This document shows, piece by piece, positions 26,755-51,445 of a DNA stretch of 64,000 nucleotides. A model generated the notes under the pieces. That model worked only from the letters and a program-made list of their open reading frames with translations. It had not been told where the DNA came from and did not search any database. Origin of the DNA: Chrysomallon squamiferum. Taxonomy: Eukaryota; Animalia; Mollusca. The translations under genes and the position numbers were made by a program. The DNA lies in the NCBI GenBank assembly GCA_012295275.1, contig CM022669.1, positions 15,066,001 through 15,130,000 on the forward strand, in the 5' to 3' direction. Numbering within the stretch: position 1 is the stretch's first letter; every line of letters starts with the position of its first letter.

Positions 26755-27672
26755 CTTTGTCCAATAATTCTTCCATATATAGAATAACAATATAATACTA
26801 TTTCTTTGGCAGCACTTTAATGAAAACAAAACTGTTCTGCTTATTTAAACGAAATGAAATTTCTTTATGCTGAACTGTACCCCACTGATATTTCAATAAC
26901 TAATATTACTGACATATAACATAATTATTTTTACTGTTTGTTTATTGTAGTTTTTTGCTATAAAATACTGCCTATTCGTATTCGTATTGTACTTGCTGTG
27001 ATTTTTGGCTACAGTATATATTGAAAATAAAAGAATACTGTGCTGGATTTAATAATAACTAATATCATCTAGAAAAGTATAATTAGAATTTTGAAAAGCT
27101 ATATTTTTCTTTAATTTTTTTTAAATATCAATAGTAGTGATTGTAATAGTACTAGTAGTAGTAATAGTAGTACTAACGATTGTAATAGAAAGAGTAGTAA
27201 TAGCAATACTAATAGTAGTAGTAGTAACAGTAGTAACAGTAGTAGGATAATAATAGTAATAATAATAGCAGTAGAAGTAGGCCTAATATCCGTTTTTATT
27301 TCAGTAGAAGAATTACAAAGTTAAAACATCTGACTCTGACTTCGGTCGTAGTAGTAGTTCTTCTGGCAGTGTTAATGGCGTCAGTTGTAGAGGAAACAAA
27401 ATTATGGTTAACAGTTAGGGCACAGTTAATAGTACTCCTTGTATCGTAGTAGTTGAAATAGTAGTAAGTAGTACCAGCAACAGTAACTCGTAACTGAAAA
27501 ATTGAACATTATTAACAATGGCAGTAAAATTGTGAAATCTCTGAGGTGTAAATTGCAGTATGATAGAATTAATATTAGTTAGTTGTCTTAGTGGATTTTA
27601 ATATCTAGTCTGTCTAAAGTTTCTTGGACAACCAACGTGTGATACTGTAAAAGTTTGACTGAAATGTCCAGT

Positions 27673-28134
27673 TTATTTGATGTAACGTTCACACTTCGAA
27701 CAACAAGATTTTCTTCCAGTTACTTTACAGCAGAAACAGCTGAAATCAAATCGCTTCGACATCAGATTAACATCTTCATCATCGTTGTTGTTGTTGTTTC
27801 TGTTGTAACTGTTGCTGTCGTTATTATCTTTGTTGTAACTGTTGTTGTCGTTGCTGTGGTCGGATGTAGCAGAGTACCTGTCGCCCACGGCGTGAGGGTC
27901 GGTGGATCGCTTCGTGTCCATGTAACACAAAGTACAGCAAAAAGTATTAGCTCCTCTAGACTGAATGCAACACCCACAAGATCGTTTTGAAACTGACGGA
28001 ATGATATCACTTCCCGAATCTTCGCTCCGTTTCGACGGCCAGTACTTGTCAGACAGTTCCTCCTGGAACATGGTCGTTAGGACGAGAGGGAAAAGAAGGT
28101 GTAGAATTCCTACGAAGATCACAAGTGAATTCAT
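27673..28134 (-). CDS. Secreted cysteine-rich prepropeptide, copy B, 153 aa
   Basis: Same signal peptide and first four KR sites as copy A. Peptides SCGCCIQSRGANTFCCTLCYMDT and FDFSCFCCKVTGRKSCCSKCERYIK. Acceptor at 28142-28143, TAA stop. Confidence 0.88.
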   Translation of the reverse strand: MNSLVIFVGILHLLFPLVLTTMFQEELSDKYWPSKRSEDSGSDIIPSVSKRSCGCCIQSRGANTFCCTLCYMDTKRSTDPHAVGDRYSATSDHSNDNNSYNKDNNDSNSYNRNNNNNDDEDVNLMSKRFDFSCFCCKVTGRKSCCSKCERYIK

Positions 28135-29209
28135 GGCTGTTCTGAAACAAAATGACCTCTAGATTAGAAAAGTTTGAATTCGTTATATTCTCAAATTTAG
28201 TTTAGTTTAGTTTGATAGGTGTTTCTTTTAATTTATTGTTCTTTCCTTTTATCTTATTTGTTATTGGCCGCTTTAGTAATTTTATATTTTTGTTTTCCTT
28301 GTTATTTTGTTTGTTTGTTATTTTAACGAAATAAAGAAATAACTGAAAAATAAAAGAATAGAAAACGAAAATACAGAATTATAAATAAGCACTATACAAA
28401 ATCTAATTAAAAGACAAATAGCATTTATTTAATGCTTAAAAGTACCCCACCCCACTCAAAATCAAAATACATATCGTCATCACACAATTTATTTTATTTA
28501 AGTAGATAATTTTTTTATTTATTTTTATTTTTATTTTTTTTTCGAAAACTGACTTCTCAAAATATATTCTCAAATAAATATAATATTTTAAAAAGTATTT
28601 CTGATATTACGATCGGCCCACCTTATCCCCGGTTTTGACCAAACAATGTTCGAAAATATAATATTATTAAACAAAATATATTGTGCAGTACTGTCGTTCT
28701 GTCGTAAAAACTATCTTCTGCTTTATAAATTATTGGTCGCTTTTTAAAACAATTAAATAAATAAAAATGGGTTAATTTTCACAATAATATGGAAATATTA
28801 CTTTTCATTTCTTTTTCTGTCCAAAAAGATTTAGTAACTGTAACGATTTAATAATTCTAACAAGAAGAATAGAATCTTTTACTTTATAAATTTTAATTCA
28901 TCATTTAAAAACATCAGAAACAAATATCATAATTTATTTTTCGTACTGTTTGTATTTAAAAGAAAATGTTTTTAAAGTTAAAAAACAAATCTTAAGAACA
29001 GAAACTGAAAAATTTTAAATGATAAAATTATATTTTTTTAAAATGCTATCGTTGAAAATTAAATTAAATGAAATGAAACAAATAGTATTTATTTATTTGT
29101 AGTCAGAATGTAAAAATAATTTCATAATAGAAATGTCTGTGTATATACATATATGTGTAAGGTAGTGCTTTTTCTTAATGACTGTTTGAAGTAAGAAACT
29201 TTAACTTAC

Positions 29210-29586
29210 CGACGTGTGTCGTCTAAAGGATGGTAATGTTATAAAATACATTGTTGGTAACGTCGTTTACATTTATATTTAAAAACAAAGACGAACTCTC
29301 CCACACTATAATCTACAGCATAATTAATTGTTCTCATAAAGTCATTTGTTTAAAGTAATCCATTACGCAGCAAATAATGAAGCCCCATAGACGGTCGTCT
29401 GCTGTTAAAGATGGCGGGGGTCACATTAAAGAGAACAACTCGTGATAAACTTAGTATATTGGGCAGAAAATTCGCCACTTTCAGTAAATTGGTTTCCTAC
29501 CGTCTTAGTATTTCGCAAATTGGAGAAATACTCTTCACTCAACTACGTGAGTGTTTTGTCACATCGGTTTCTTTTGTGGTTTTCCG
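29210..29586 (-). promoter_or_regulatory. Promoter and non-coding exon 1 of copy B
   Basis: Minus-strand TATAAA at 29272-29277. Exon ~29248-29210 with donor TCG|GTAAGT, intron 28142-29209. Homologous to 21031-21444. Confidence 0.7.
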
Positions 29587-29624
29587 TTTTCCAAATATCA
29601 AATGAGAGAGAGTTCTAGTTCGAT

Positions 29625-29687
<63 letters not shown>

Positions 29688-30691
29688 AAGCTTGATTTTT
29701 TAACTTTTTTGATAGTCTTAAACTCGCAAAGTTTTCGAGCTGTAGCTGTGGAAACTACACCTCTCTGTAAATTATCTAATGGAAAACATTTTGTAAGCAG
29801 AATGTGTAAAGATACATTGCCCGTAATATTAATAACTGTATTTATTTTGACATGCGACTCAGTGAAGACCACATTCGAAGATAAACATAATTCATTAAGA
29901 ATAGTGAAATATTGTGAAATAATATGGATAAAGATTACGTAATATTATCAATATCAAGAATTATTTTGTTTAAAGATATCTTAACCCATTACATCATTTA
30001 CAATTATTTAATGTTTTGACTTAATTTAATTTGCGTCGTGGTTAGTAAATGAAGTAGGATTAGTACGCATCGTCCTATGTAGGGGAAAATACGGTATTTG
30101 ATAAACCCAAACATGCGAAAGACTATACTTGTGAATGTACGTAACCTTGTCGTTTACAGATACAGTTACGCAGATAATGTTATCATTTGTTTGTTTATCA
30201 GATAACTGTAATAAGAGTTAAAATGTACACTGCTTTGAATAAGTTAAAGGTGAAAATACTGAAGGCGGTAACAACAACAAAAGCAACAACAGCTACAGTA
30301 TAAAGCCACCATCAACAGTAACAACATTAAAAATTTATCAACACTACAACCACCACCACCACAACAACGAGAACAACAGTAACAACATCATCCAAAACAA
30401 GAGCAACAAACTCAACAAAAATAATAATGATGATGACGACGACAGCAACAACAACAACAATAAAACAACAATAATACTGATGATGATGTTATTATGACGA
30501 CGATGATATTATTACAACAACAACAACAATAATAATAATACAGGAACAAAATTTGAAAACAAACAACATTATTAGGATATATAGGATGAACGTTAATAAA
30601 TACGAGAGAAAAAAAAATATATTATTTCTGAAATTTTTTTAAACAGTATACATCACATACTCGTGTTCCAGAGTCATTTTTGAAAATCAAA

Positions 30692-43549
<12,858 letters not shown>

Positions 43550-43917
43550 TAGAGATGAGCAGGTAGAGCGAGTCGCTGGCGAAACAGTTAATGTATTAAA
43601 CTGTACGCAGGGTTTTCCTGTAAAGAAGATTTGTGTGTTTGTTAGTTTATTGTTGTTGTTATTACTATCATCAGTATTTTTGTTTTTGTTAATGATGTTG
43701 TTAATGTTGTTGTTGTTGTTGTTGTTGTTTTTATTATTTTACGGTATCATTATTTTGATAATACACGAATTCCGTTTTGCAAACAAATGTGATTAATCAG
43801 ATTATGTAAAATTCCAATTCAAGTGATTAACGCAACATATATATATATATATATAAAAAAGATGAATTTATCTAATTGCATACTATAATATGACAGTGTC
43901 ATATATCAATATTTGAC

Positions 43918-43948
<31 letters not shown>

Positions 43949-46193
43949 TATATTTATGAATAAAAAGAAACAAACAAACGAATGAATAAAAAGATAAATG
44001 AACAAACAAATAATACCACATAAAGTATTAATAATATACATTGGTGTATTTTATGGTTTACTTTCTCTTTCTTCTGTCGTGTTGAAATATGGATTAATAT
44101 CAGACTTGCTCTGCAACTCGAATACTTAGTACCTTCTGAATTATTTCCCTTGATTTGCTGGTTTTTGAATTCAGATATAAAAATTCTGTTGTAATTAAGA
44201 TTAATGATTTATTGATATGTGTTTGTGAATTTAGATTTAAAACGTTTCTGTAAAGTTTCTGTAAAGCAGAACAACACACACACACACGCATACTAATTAA
44301 AAGTATAAAATACTGAAAAATATATTTGCCAAAGCTTTTAATAAACACAAAATTGCTAAATTTTTATAAAATATTTGCTTCTTCATATTTATAAAATGTA
44401 ATATCAGCGGATATGTATTTCCTGTTATATCAAAGCACTAACCTAGGCTAGTACCACTTTCTAGAGAAAAGCAGCTGAATATAAGTTCGCTAAATTCATA
44501 CAATTTAACAGACAAAACGAAGGGAGGTCACTCTCTCCAGTCTAATGTAACAGGCAGCCACACGAAATAGATTTTTACGGTTAACGAATTCTGTTCTTAT
44601 TACTTATTATTTTTAGTTGAAATAGAAGAACGAGAGAACCTTTATATAATTATTTATTTTATTATTTTATTTTTATCGTTCTATTTTGAGTTATTTATTA
44701 AAAAGTTATGAAAAAAAAGAAGAGATAATTTCGAACTTAGATTCGCCAAAACGATGACACGATGTTTTATGAATTTCTAGATCTGCCGTTATTAGTTTTC
44801 GTTTTGTAGACAAATCACCTACTTTCTAAAGACCCTTAATATTCAATTTATATATATTATTTATACCTGGAACATTTTTGAAATGTCTACTATTGAAAAA
44901 AAAAAAAAAAAAATAAAAAAAAAAAAAAAAGATGATTTCAGCTCTATCACAATATCTTTGTCCCTAGAAAACATTAGTGAATTTAATTAAGAAAATAAAT
45001 GTCATTTGTGAATACAATTAACGGGATATAAATCATTCTCAGACCTGACAGGATTATGAAAAGAGTAACACCTGCATACAGGTGAAAAACAGGTGTGCAA
45101 AGCAATTTGCACATTTATTCATTTCCACAGTTTGACGAATTTCCTCCACTGAGCCCTAGTTTAAAATAAAAAAAATAAAAATAAAAAAAATCCCTCTAAC
45201 TTTTTATCAATCAGTTACCTCCAACCTTTTCTATTTGTTTTCTTTCTTTCTGAATTTCATTTCTTTTTCTCTTCGCTACATTCTTTGTGGGACCGGTTCA
45301 GCCAGCTGGACAAACTGCTCCCTTGTGGAACTAAGCGAGGAGGGGGGCCCCGGGATAAGGATATACGTCATCAGCTCTAGTCTTGTCAAGTAAAACTGTC
45401 TTCTGACAGAGCCAAAGCTACGAACGTTTGTCGTAACCATACAGAAACTTGCAATGTTTACATCAACTGAATTCTTTATGACAGAATATACATATGAGTC
45501 AGAATTTAAGCACAGTAATTATGCCGTGTTTTCATTAAAAGAGACCGTGGATTGTGAATATGCAAGCCCCGTTCAAAACGTTTCCATGCCAGACCTTATA
45601 TGTATATAAATGTGCGTGTGTATACATACACACACATACACATATACACACATACATACAGACACAAATACACATAATATACATATATACATACACACAT
45701 ATAGAAACATTCACAATTATCTATTACTTCTTTTGATTCTTTCTTTGTAACTTAAATAGAAATTGGATAATCTAAGTCATTTTCTTCTTCTTCTTCTTCT
45801 TTGTATTATCATTATCGATATCATCATCATTAGTATGCCTTTCGTTCTGCTGGAACAAATTTCAACTTTTAATGCTATTAATTTAAATCAGCATCAGAAA
45901 ACATCAGTTACATCAATGAGTTCGTCGGAGTTATTTATGTTTGGTAATTTAATTTTTATTGCAGTAGGTAACGAAGTCGTTTCCTGTTCTGACACTAATC
46001 AAATACAGTTTTAAAACACTTTAATGTGATTTGTGTGTGACGTTCAGCGTTTTTGTTGAAGACAAAAACTAACAAGAGACAGAGCAGTAGATATCACTAT
46101 CTGCATTACAACGACAGCAGCAACATCATCAGTAACACCACCATTACAACAATAATATTAACAACATAACATTAACAACAACAAAAAAATAAC

Positions 46194-46226
<33 letters not shown>

Positions 46227-46693
46227 GTAATAATAATAAAAATAATAATAATAATCATAACAATAATAATCCCTGTATTCAGTCACACAAATGTTTATCC
46301 AGTTTTCATGCGGTTTATTACATTATTTCCGCCAGTATGATCCAGCGTCAGCTGACACAATTGTTAATACGTCAGTTTGTAAACAATAGTATGACGTCAT
46401 GTTCTTATTCTGTTGTTATGCATATCGTTGATATATGAAAAACCGTGCAGGGTTAGTGTTCTTTTTATTTCTGTGTTGTTGTTGTTGGTTTTTGTTTGTG
46501 GGGTTTTTTTTGTGTCTTTTTCCGGATATAAAAGTTTACGTTGTATGAATTTACGTAAAAAATCTCCAAATATAGCTTTCTTTACAAAATCTCCAAATAT
46601 AGCTTTCTTTACAAAATCTAATTGTATTCTTGAAAAGGTTTGACGTTACAGTTCAGCTCAGTTTTATATTTTTTATCCGTCCACCCATCTGCC

Positions 46694-46789
<96 letters not shown>

Positions 46790-49764
46790 ATATTAATCTC
46801 TCTTCTTACAAAACTGTCCTTGAGGTGAATGTTAATTTTAAAAATTAGATTAAAAAGAATTACGTATTTAAAATAAAATAACCTCCTTACACCATCTCTC
46901 CCCCTCTCTCTTTCTCGCTCCCTCTAACTCTCAATCTCATTCTCTGTTTCTGATTTGGATAAAAACAAAATCTATACTTTTGTACCTTACCTATCTCAAC
47001 TTGTTAGTCTTTTCTTCATTTTATTATTATTATTATACTTTTTTTTCATGAGTCACGCGTCTGTACAGCAGCAGCTAATCTCATTAACATAACCAGCCGA
47101 TTTCTGGTCGGATGCCTTCTGACAATAAAACGAAAATTAATTTTGCAAGTGATACTTCAAAATCAATATTCATTCTGTCCGATCAGCGCCATTTCCTGTT
47201 CCGCTCGTGCTACATTTTCCGCCAGTGTCTCGTTTTTCCGCAGAATGTGAGATTTTTTCCGCGATTTGTTATTTCCGGTGTTTGTAATGCGAAACAGAAA
47301 ATCTAAAATATTTCCGATAGGATATTTGATGTATCATTGCCATTAAATTATTTCTCTTGTTAAAATCTCTCTTTGGGTTTAATGTTTTAGTAGTTATTGT
47401 TATTGTTGTTGTTGTTGTTATTATTATTATTATTATTATTATTAACTTTATTATTATTATTATTATTAATATTATTAATATATTATTATTACTACTATGA
47501 TTGTTATTATTATTGTTGTTGTTTGTTGTTGTTCTTCTCTTTTTTACTATTATTATTGTAAGAGTAACAGTAGCAGCAGCAATAGCTGTAGTAGTAGCAG
47601 TAGCAATAGGTGTAGTAGTAGTCATAGTAACAGCAGCTGAAGTAAGAATAATAATGCTGAACGTTATTTTAATCATAATAACAACAGATTAAAAAAAAAA
47701 AAAAAAAAAAAAAGCTGTCATATTATTTATTACGATATTTTACAAACTTGAATTCTTTCTGCAGCACCAACTGCGGAGCTACGTCTGGAACGGAATATAA
47801 CTCGTGGTTGTAGGTAAAATCGATTCCTTCACTTTTCAGACGCGCATCCCGCCTTCTCCTACGCGTCTTAATTTGTATTCAGCTGGGACGAGATTACTGT
47901 TCCTGGTTAGCGCTAATAAAACAACAGGTAGGGAGGGGATTGATTCTCTCCACCGAAACGCTTCGTGCCAAACCCGATCCCATAACGTGCGATCCCAGAA
48001 CCAGGAAATCTTTAAATGCCCAGTGTGAAGACCATCGCACCAGCGAGAGCGGGCGGCAATCTAATCCAGCGGATGTCGTGAGCACCGGTTTATAGACTGG
48101 TGTCCCGTTGCTTGTTTTATAAAGCGTATCGAGTGATCGTAGCAGGGAAGCCCCGCCAACAATGGCCGAGATAACGTGACGGCGGATATTAAAATGAAAT
48201 CATCAAAATATAATGCGGATATTAGCTTGCAAAGATGGTTCTCAGGGAAGACGCGAGGGCTTGTAGGGCAAGACAGAAACAATTAAATACGGCGCGTTCT
48301 TGTTGTTTGGATTATTTTCGTAGAACAATCGTTTTTGACTCTGCAATTCCAAGTGTTTGATTGCAGAAGTATTTTTCATTGCCGACGTTGTGGGTTTTAT
48401 TCATCGATGCATAAATTCAATTAATTAATCACTGAAGGATTAGATTGTTATCCCGCGGATCATTTTTCTGAATTAATTAAATTTGGGTGCGTCTGTATCT
48501 GGTTTCTTGATATTTGCTGTTTCATGCGAAAAGAAACTTCCTTTGATTAATTTGTGTGCAAGTAAAAAAAAGAGAAAAAAAAAGGAGAGAAAACTGAAGA
48601 CAAAAAGAAATAAACAAAAAATAAATATTTGCAATGTTAAAAGAATTAACACGAAAAGAATGAAACGGGAACAAATGTAACAACACAATTCGAAAAATAA
48701 AATAAAGTAAAATAAAGTAAATAAAAATTGAATTATAAATAAACAGCGAACGAGAAATATAGATGGGCAGAGAGACAGACGTACTTGTTTAAAGAGACAG
48801 ACAGACACAAGGCTGAATAGATAAACAGTTAGAGAAAGACATACTGTTAGAAGTAGACAATAAATAAATAAAGATAAATAAACGAATAAAGAGAACGAAC
48901 TGTCGACAAAAGAATAAATAAAGAAATGGTAGGCAAATAATAAATAATATGACAAATACGTCTAAATTCACAGTGTCAAATTTAACATTGAATCTACAGT
49001 ATTTTCAAATATTTAGTTTAAAAAATGACTTCACGTTTGATAACAGCTGATCCGTACGTTAACTCTACTGCTGTAACTGTAGTCAGCGACTAGTGTGATA
49101 CATTCATTGATACAAAAGCTACATCAGATTACAGTGTAACAAAACGTTTAAAATACCGGGACATATCTAATGATCCATATCGTCTTCAAGTAACGCTTTT
49201 CCGAACCTGTATAAATACGTTTCCGATAATGTCTGCATTTTTGTCACTGTTACGTGCCCGAAAAATGTCGAATCTAGAAACTGATAGGGACAGTTTTCTG
49301 TTCAAGAGATTTAAAAAACGCTACCAGTCTCTGGAAAGGCTATAGAACTGGTTTAAGGTTATATACAGATCATTTTTCTAGTGTTATTTGTTAACGAATA
49401 TGTGACTGATTTGCAAACAAGATTTTCATTATTTATGATTCTGTGTTGAAAGTATGTTTGTTTGACATAGTGTATCTGTGTGAATGTGTATATATATGTG
49501 TGTGTATGTGTGTTTGTGTGTGTATGGATAATTTGTGTCTGTGTATGAGTGTGCGTACACACATACACACATATATCTGACACACTGAATACAGTTTATA
49601 GAATCGTTGTTACAGCTGCATAAAGCGCACTTTATTTAATTCAATCTCTGATAGAATCTCGTGTAAGAAACAACAGAAGGGCTTAGAGTGGTTATTGAAT
49701 CTGTGTGTGTGTGTGTGTGTGTCTGTCTGCGTACTGACGTGGGTACGAATAACATTAATATAAA

Positions 49765-50060
49765 ATAATATAATATAATATAATATAATATAATATAATA
49801 TAATATAATATAATATAATATAATATAACATAACATAACATAATATAACATAATATAATATAATATAATATAATATAATTTAATATAATGTAATATAATA
49901 TCCACATATATATATATCTAGCATAAGCATTAATAGCATATTATAATGTAAATAAATATACTATACTATACTGTACTATACTATACTATATTATACTATA
50001 CTCTACTATACTCCACTATAATATAATATAATATAATATAATATAATATAATATAATATA
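49765..50060. repeat. (TATAA)n / (CTATA)n pentanucleotide repeats
   Basis: Direct inspection. Confidence 0.9.
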
Positions 50061-50225
50061 TGTACATTTTTTATATATGACATAAGTATTAATAGTATAT
50101 TATAATGCTAATAAAAATAATATAATATAATACAATATAATATATAATATGTATTTTTATATGAATATCTAGCATAATTATTAATGGCATATTACAATGT
50201 TAATATCCATTTTAGCATAGGAATC

Positions 50226-50262
<37 letters not shown>

Positions 50263-50719
50263 CATATGTGTTCAGGAAATAAAACAGCGAGGTAATATAA
50301 AACAGATGTTAATGCACATTTCAAAGGAACCAGACTAATAAGTGATCTATTATTGTTCGCTTACGTTGGTCTTCTTCAAGCAGACATTTTCAACAGATGA
50401 TAAATGTGCTTATGAAGCTAGTCTCGTCTGTTTCCGTATAACAATATTTATAAAACAAATGGTGAACTTTTGAAAGCAACGGAAAAACACAATGGCTGCG
50501 TTTACTTTGCTGAAACTTCACGTAAGAAAGGAAATTACAGAAAAATATAACTAGTCTTGAGTGTGATTATGTTTCCATTGTATTAACAGAAAGGTGAAAA
50601 GTAGATTTTTGTTTGAATCTAAGAGAAATCTGAATCTGGAAGCATTTTATTTTTATTTCTCTGTTGTTTTTTTTTTTTTTTTTTTTTTTTGAGTTTTTGA
50701 AATTTATATGATAAAATAT

Positions 50720-51445
50720 GTGTTGGTATTTAGTTGTATTATAAGAAAAAATAACTGATGGAATTTTATTGATTTCTATTTCCCTGAAGGTTCTTGGGGG
50801 GAAAAAAAATAATCTCCATACGTAAACAGGACACACATCTTTAACGTTCCAAAACACTTTTCTTTGCTGTTTCTTGTTGCATTAAGTGCAATTCCAGTGT
50901 TTAAATGAAACAAAACAGATTAGAACGAAAGAAACGTTATCCAAGACATATGTGTGCAAGATTCAGTGCAAAATCTTTCGTGGTTTTCTTTCTGTTGTTT
51001 AAATCATTTTACAGTTGATGAAGAATGGTTTCCAGGACCACACAGATATACACTTGTCACCGAATACATGAACTTAGAAAGCTTAGCGAATTCCCCAAAC
51101 TGGAATTTTTTGTCGTAATTTCTTTTTTTTTTTTTTTTTTTTTTTTTTAATGCTTGTTATCCTGATCATGCAGAAATGGAGTAAAGTTTATTGAGTACAT
51201 GATGTTAGGTTATTGTGTTAGCAAGTTAGTAGGCGAGGAAAGGATGAACCAATTATCACATAGTTGCATGTTTCGGGCCAAAAAGAGATTAAAAAATTTA
51301 TTAGTAATTGTCTTGGGACTAAGTACACGGAACAGTCGCTGTTTTTATTACAGCGGGTCTAAACAATCGATGAGTATTTTTTAATTTTTTTTTAAGGAAA
51401 CTATGCAGCTGGAAAATCTGAGTACAAACAGCGAGATTATTACCA
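50720..51445 (-). repeat. Inverted repeat pair, copy 2 (intergenic); core 50807-51106
   Basis: Reverse complement of 39875-40495, with extra insertions in the 51250-51420 flank. Confidence 0.92.

Larger units (their letters stand above)
20965..29685. repeat. Large inverted duplication (arms ~20965-24400 and ~26500-29685, spacer ~2 kb)
   Basis: Mirror-order homology: (CT)n 20965-21024 vs (GA)n 29628-29685, promoters, intron patches, CDS, 3' patches (24140-24195 vs 26800-26870) and the poly(A) block. Confidence 0.88.

Noticed and set aside
45280-45370. GC-rich stretch vaguely like a tRNA A-box
   Set aside because: No B-box (GTTCRA) and no cloverleaf could be formed.
46557-46620. 27-bp direct duplication (and a similar ~35-bp one at 26043-26121)
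   Set aside because: Ordinary slippage duplications with no sign of function.
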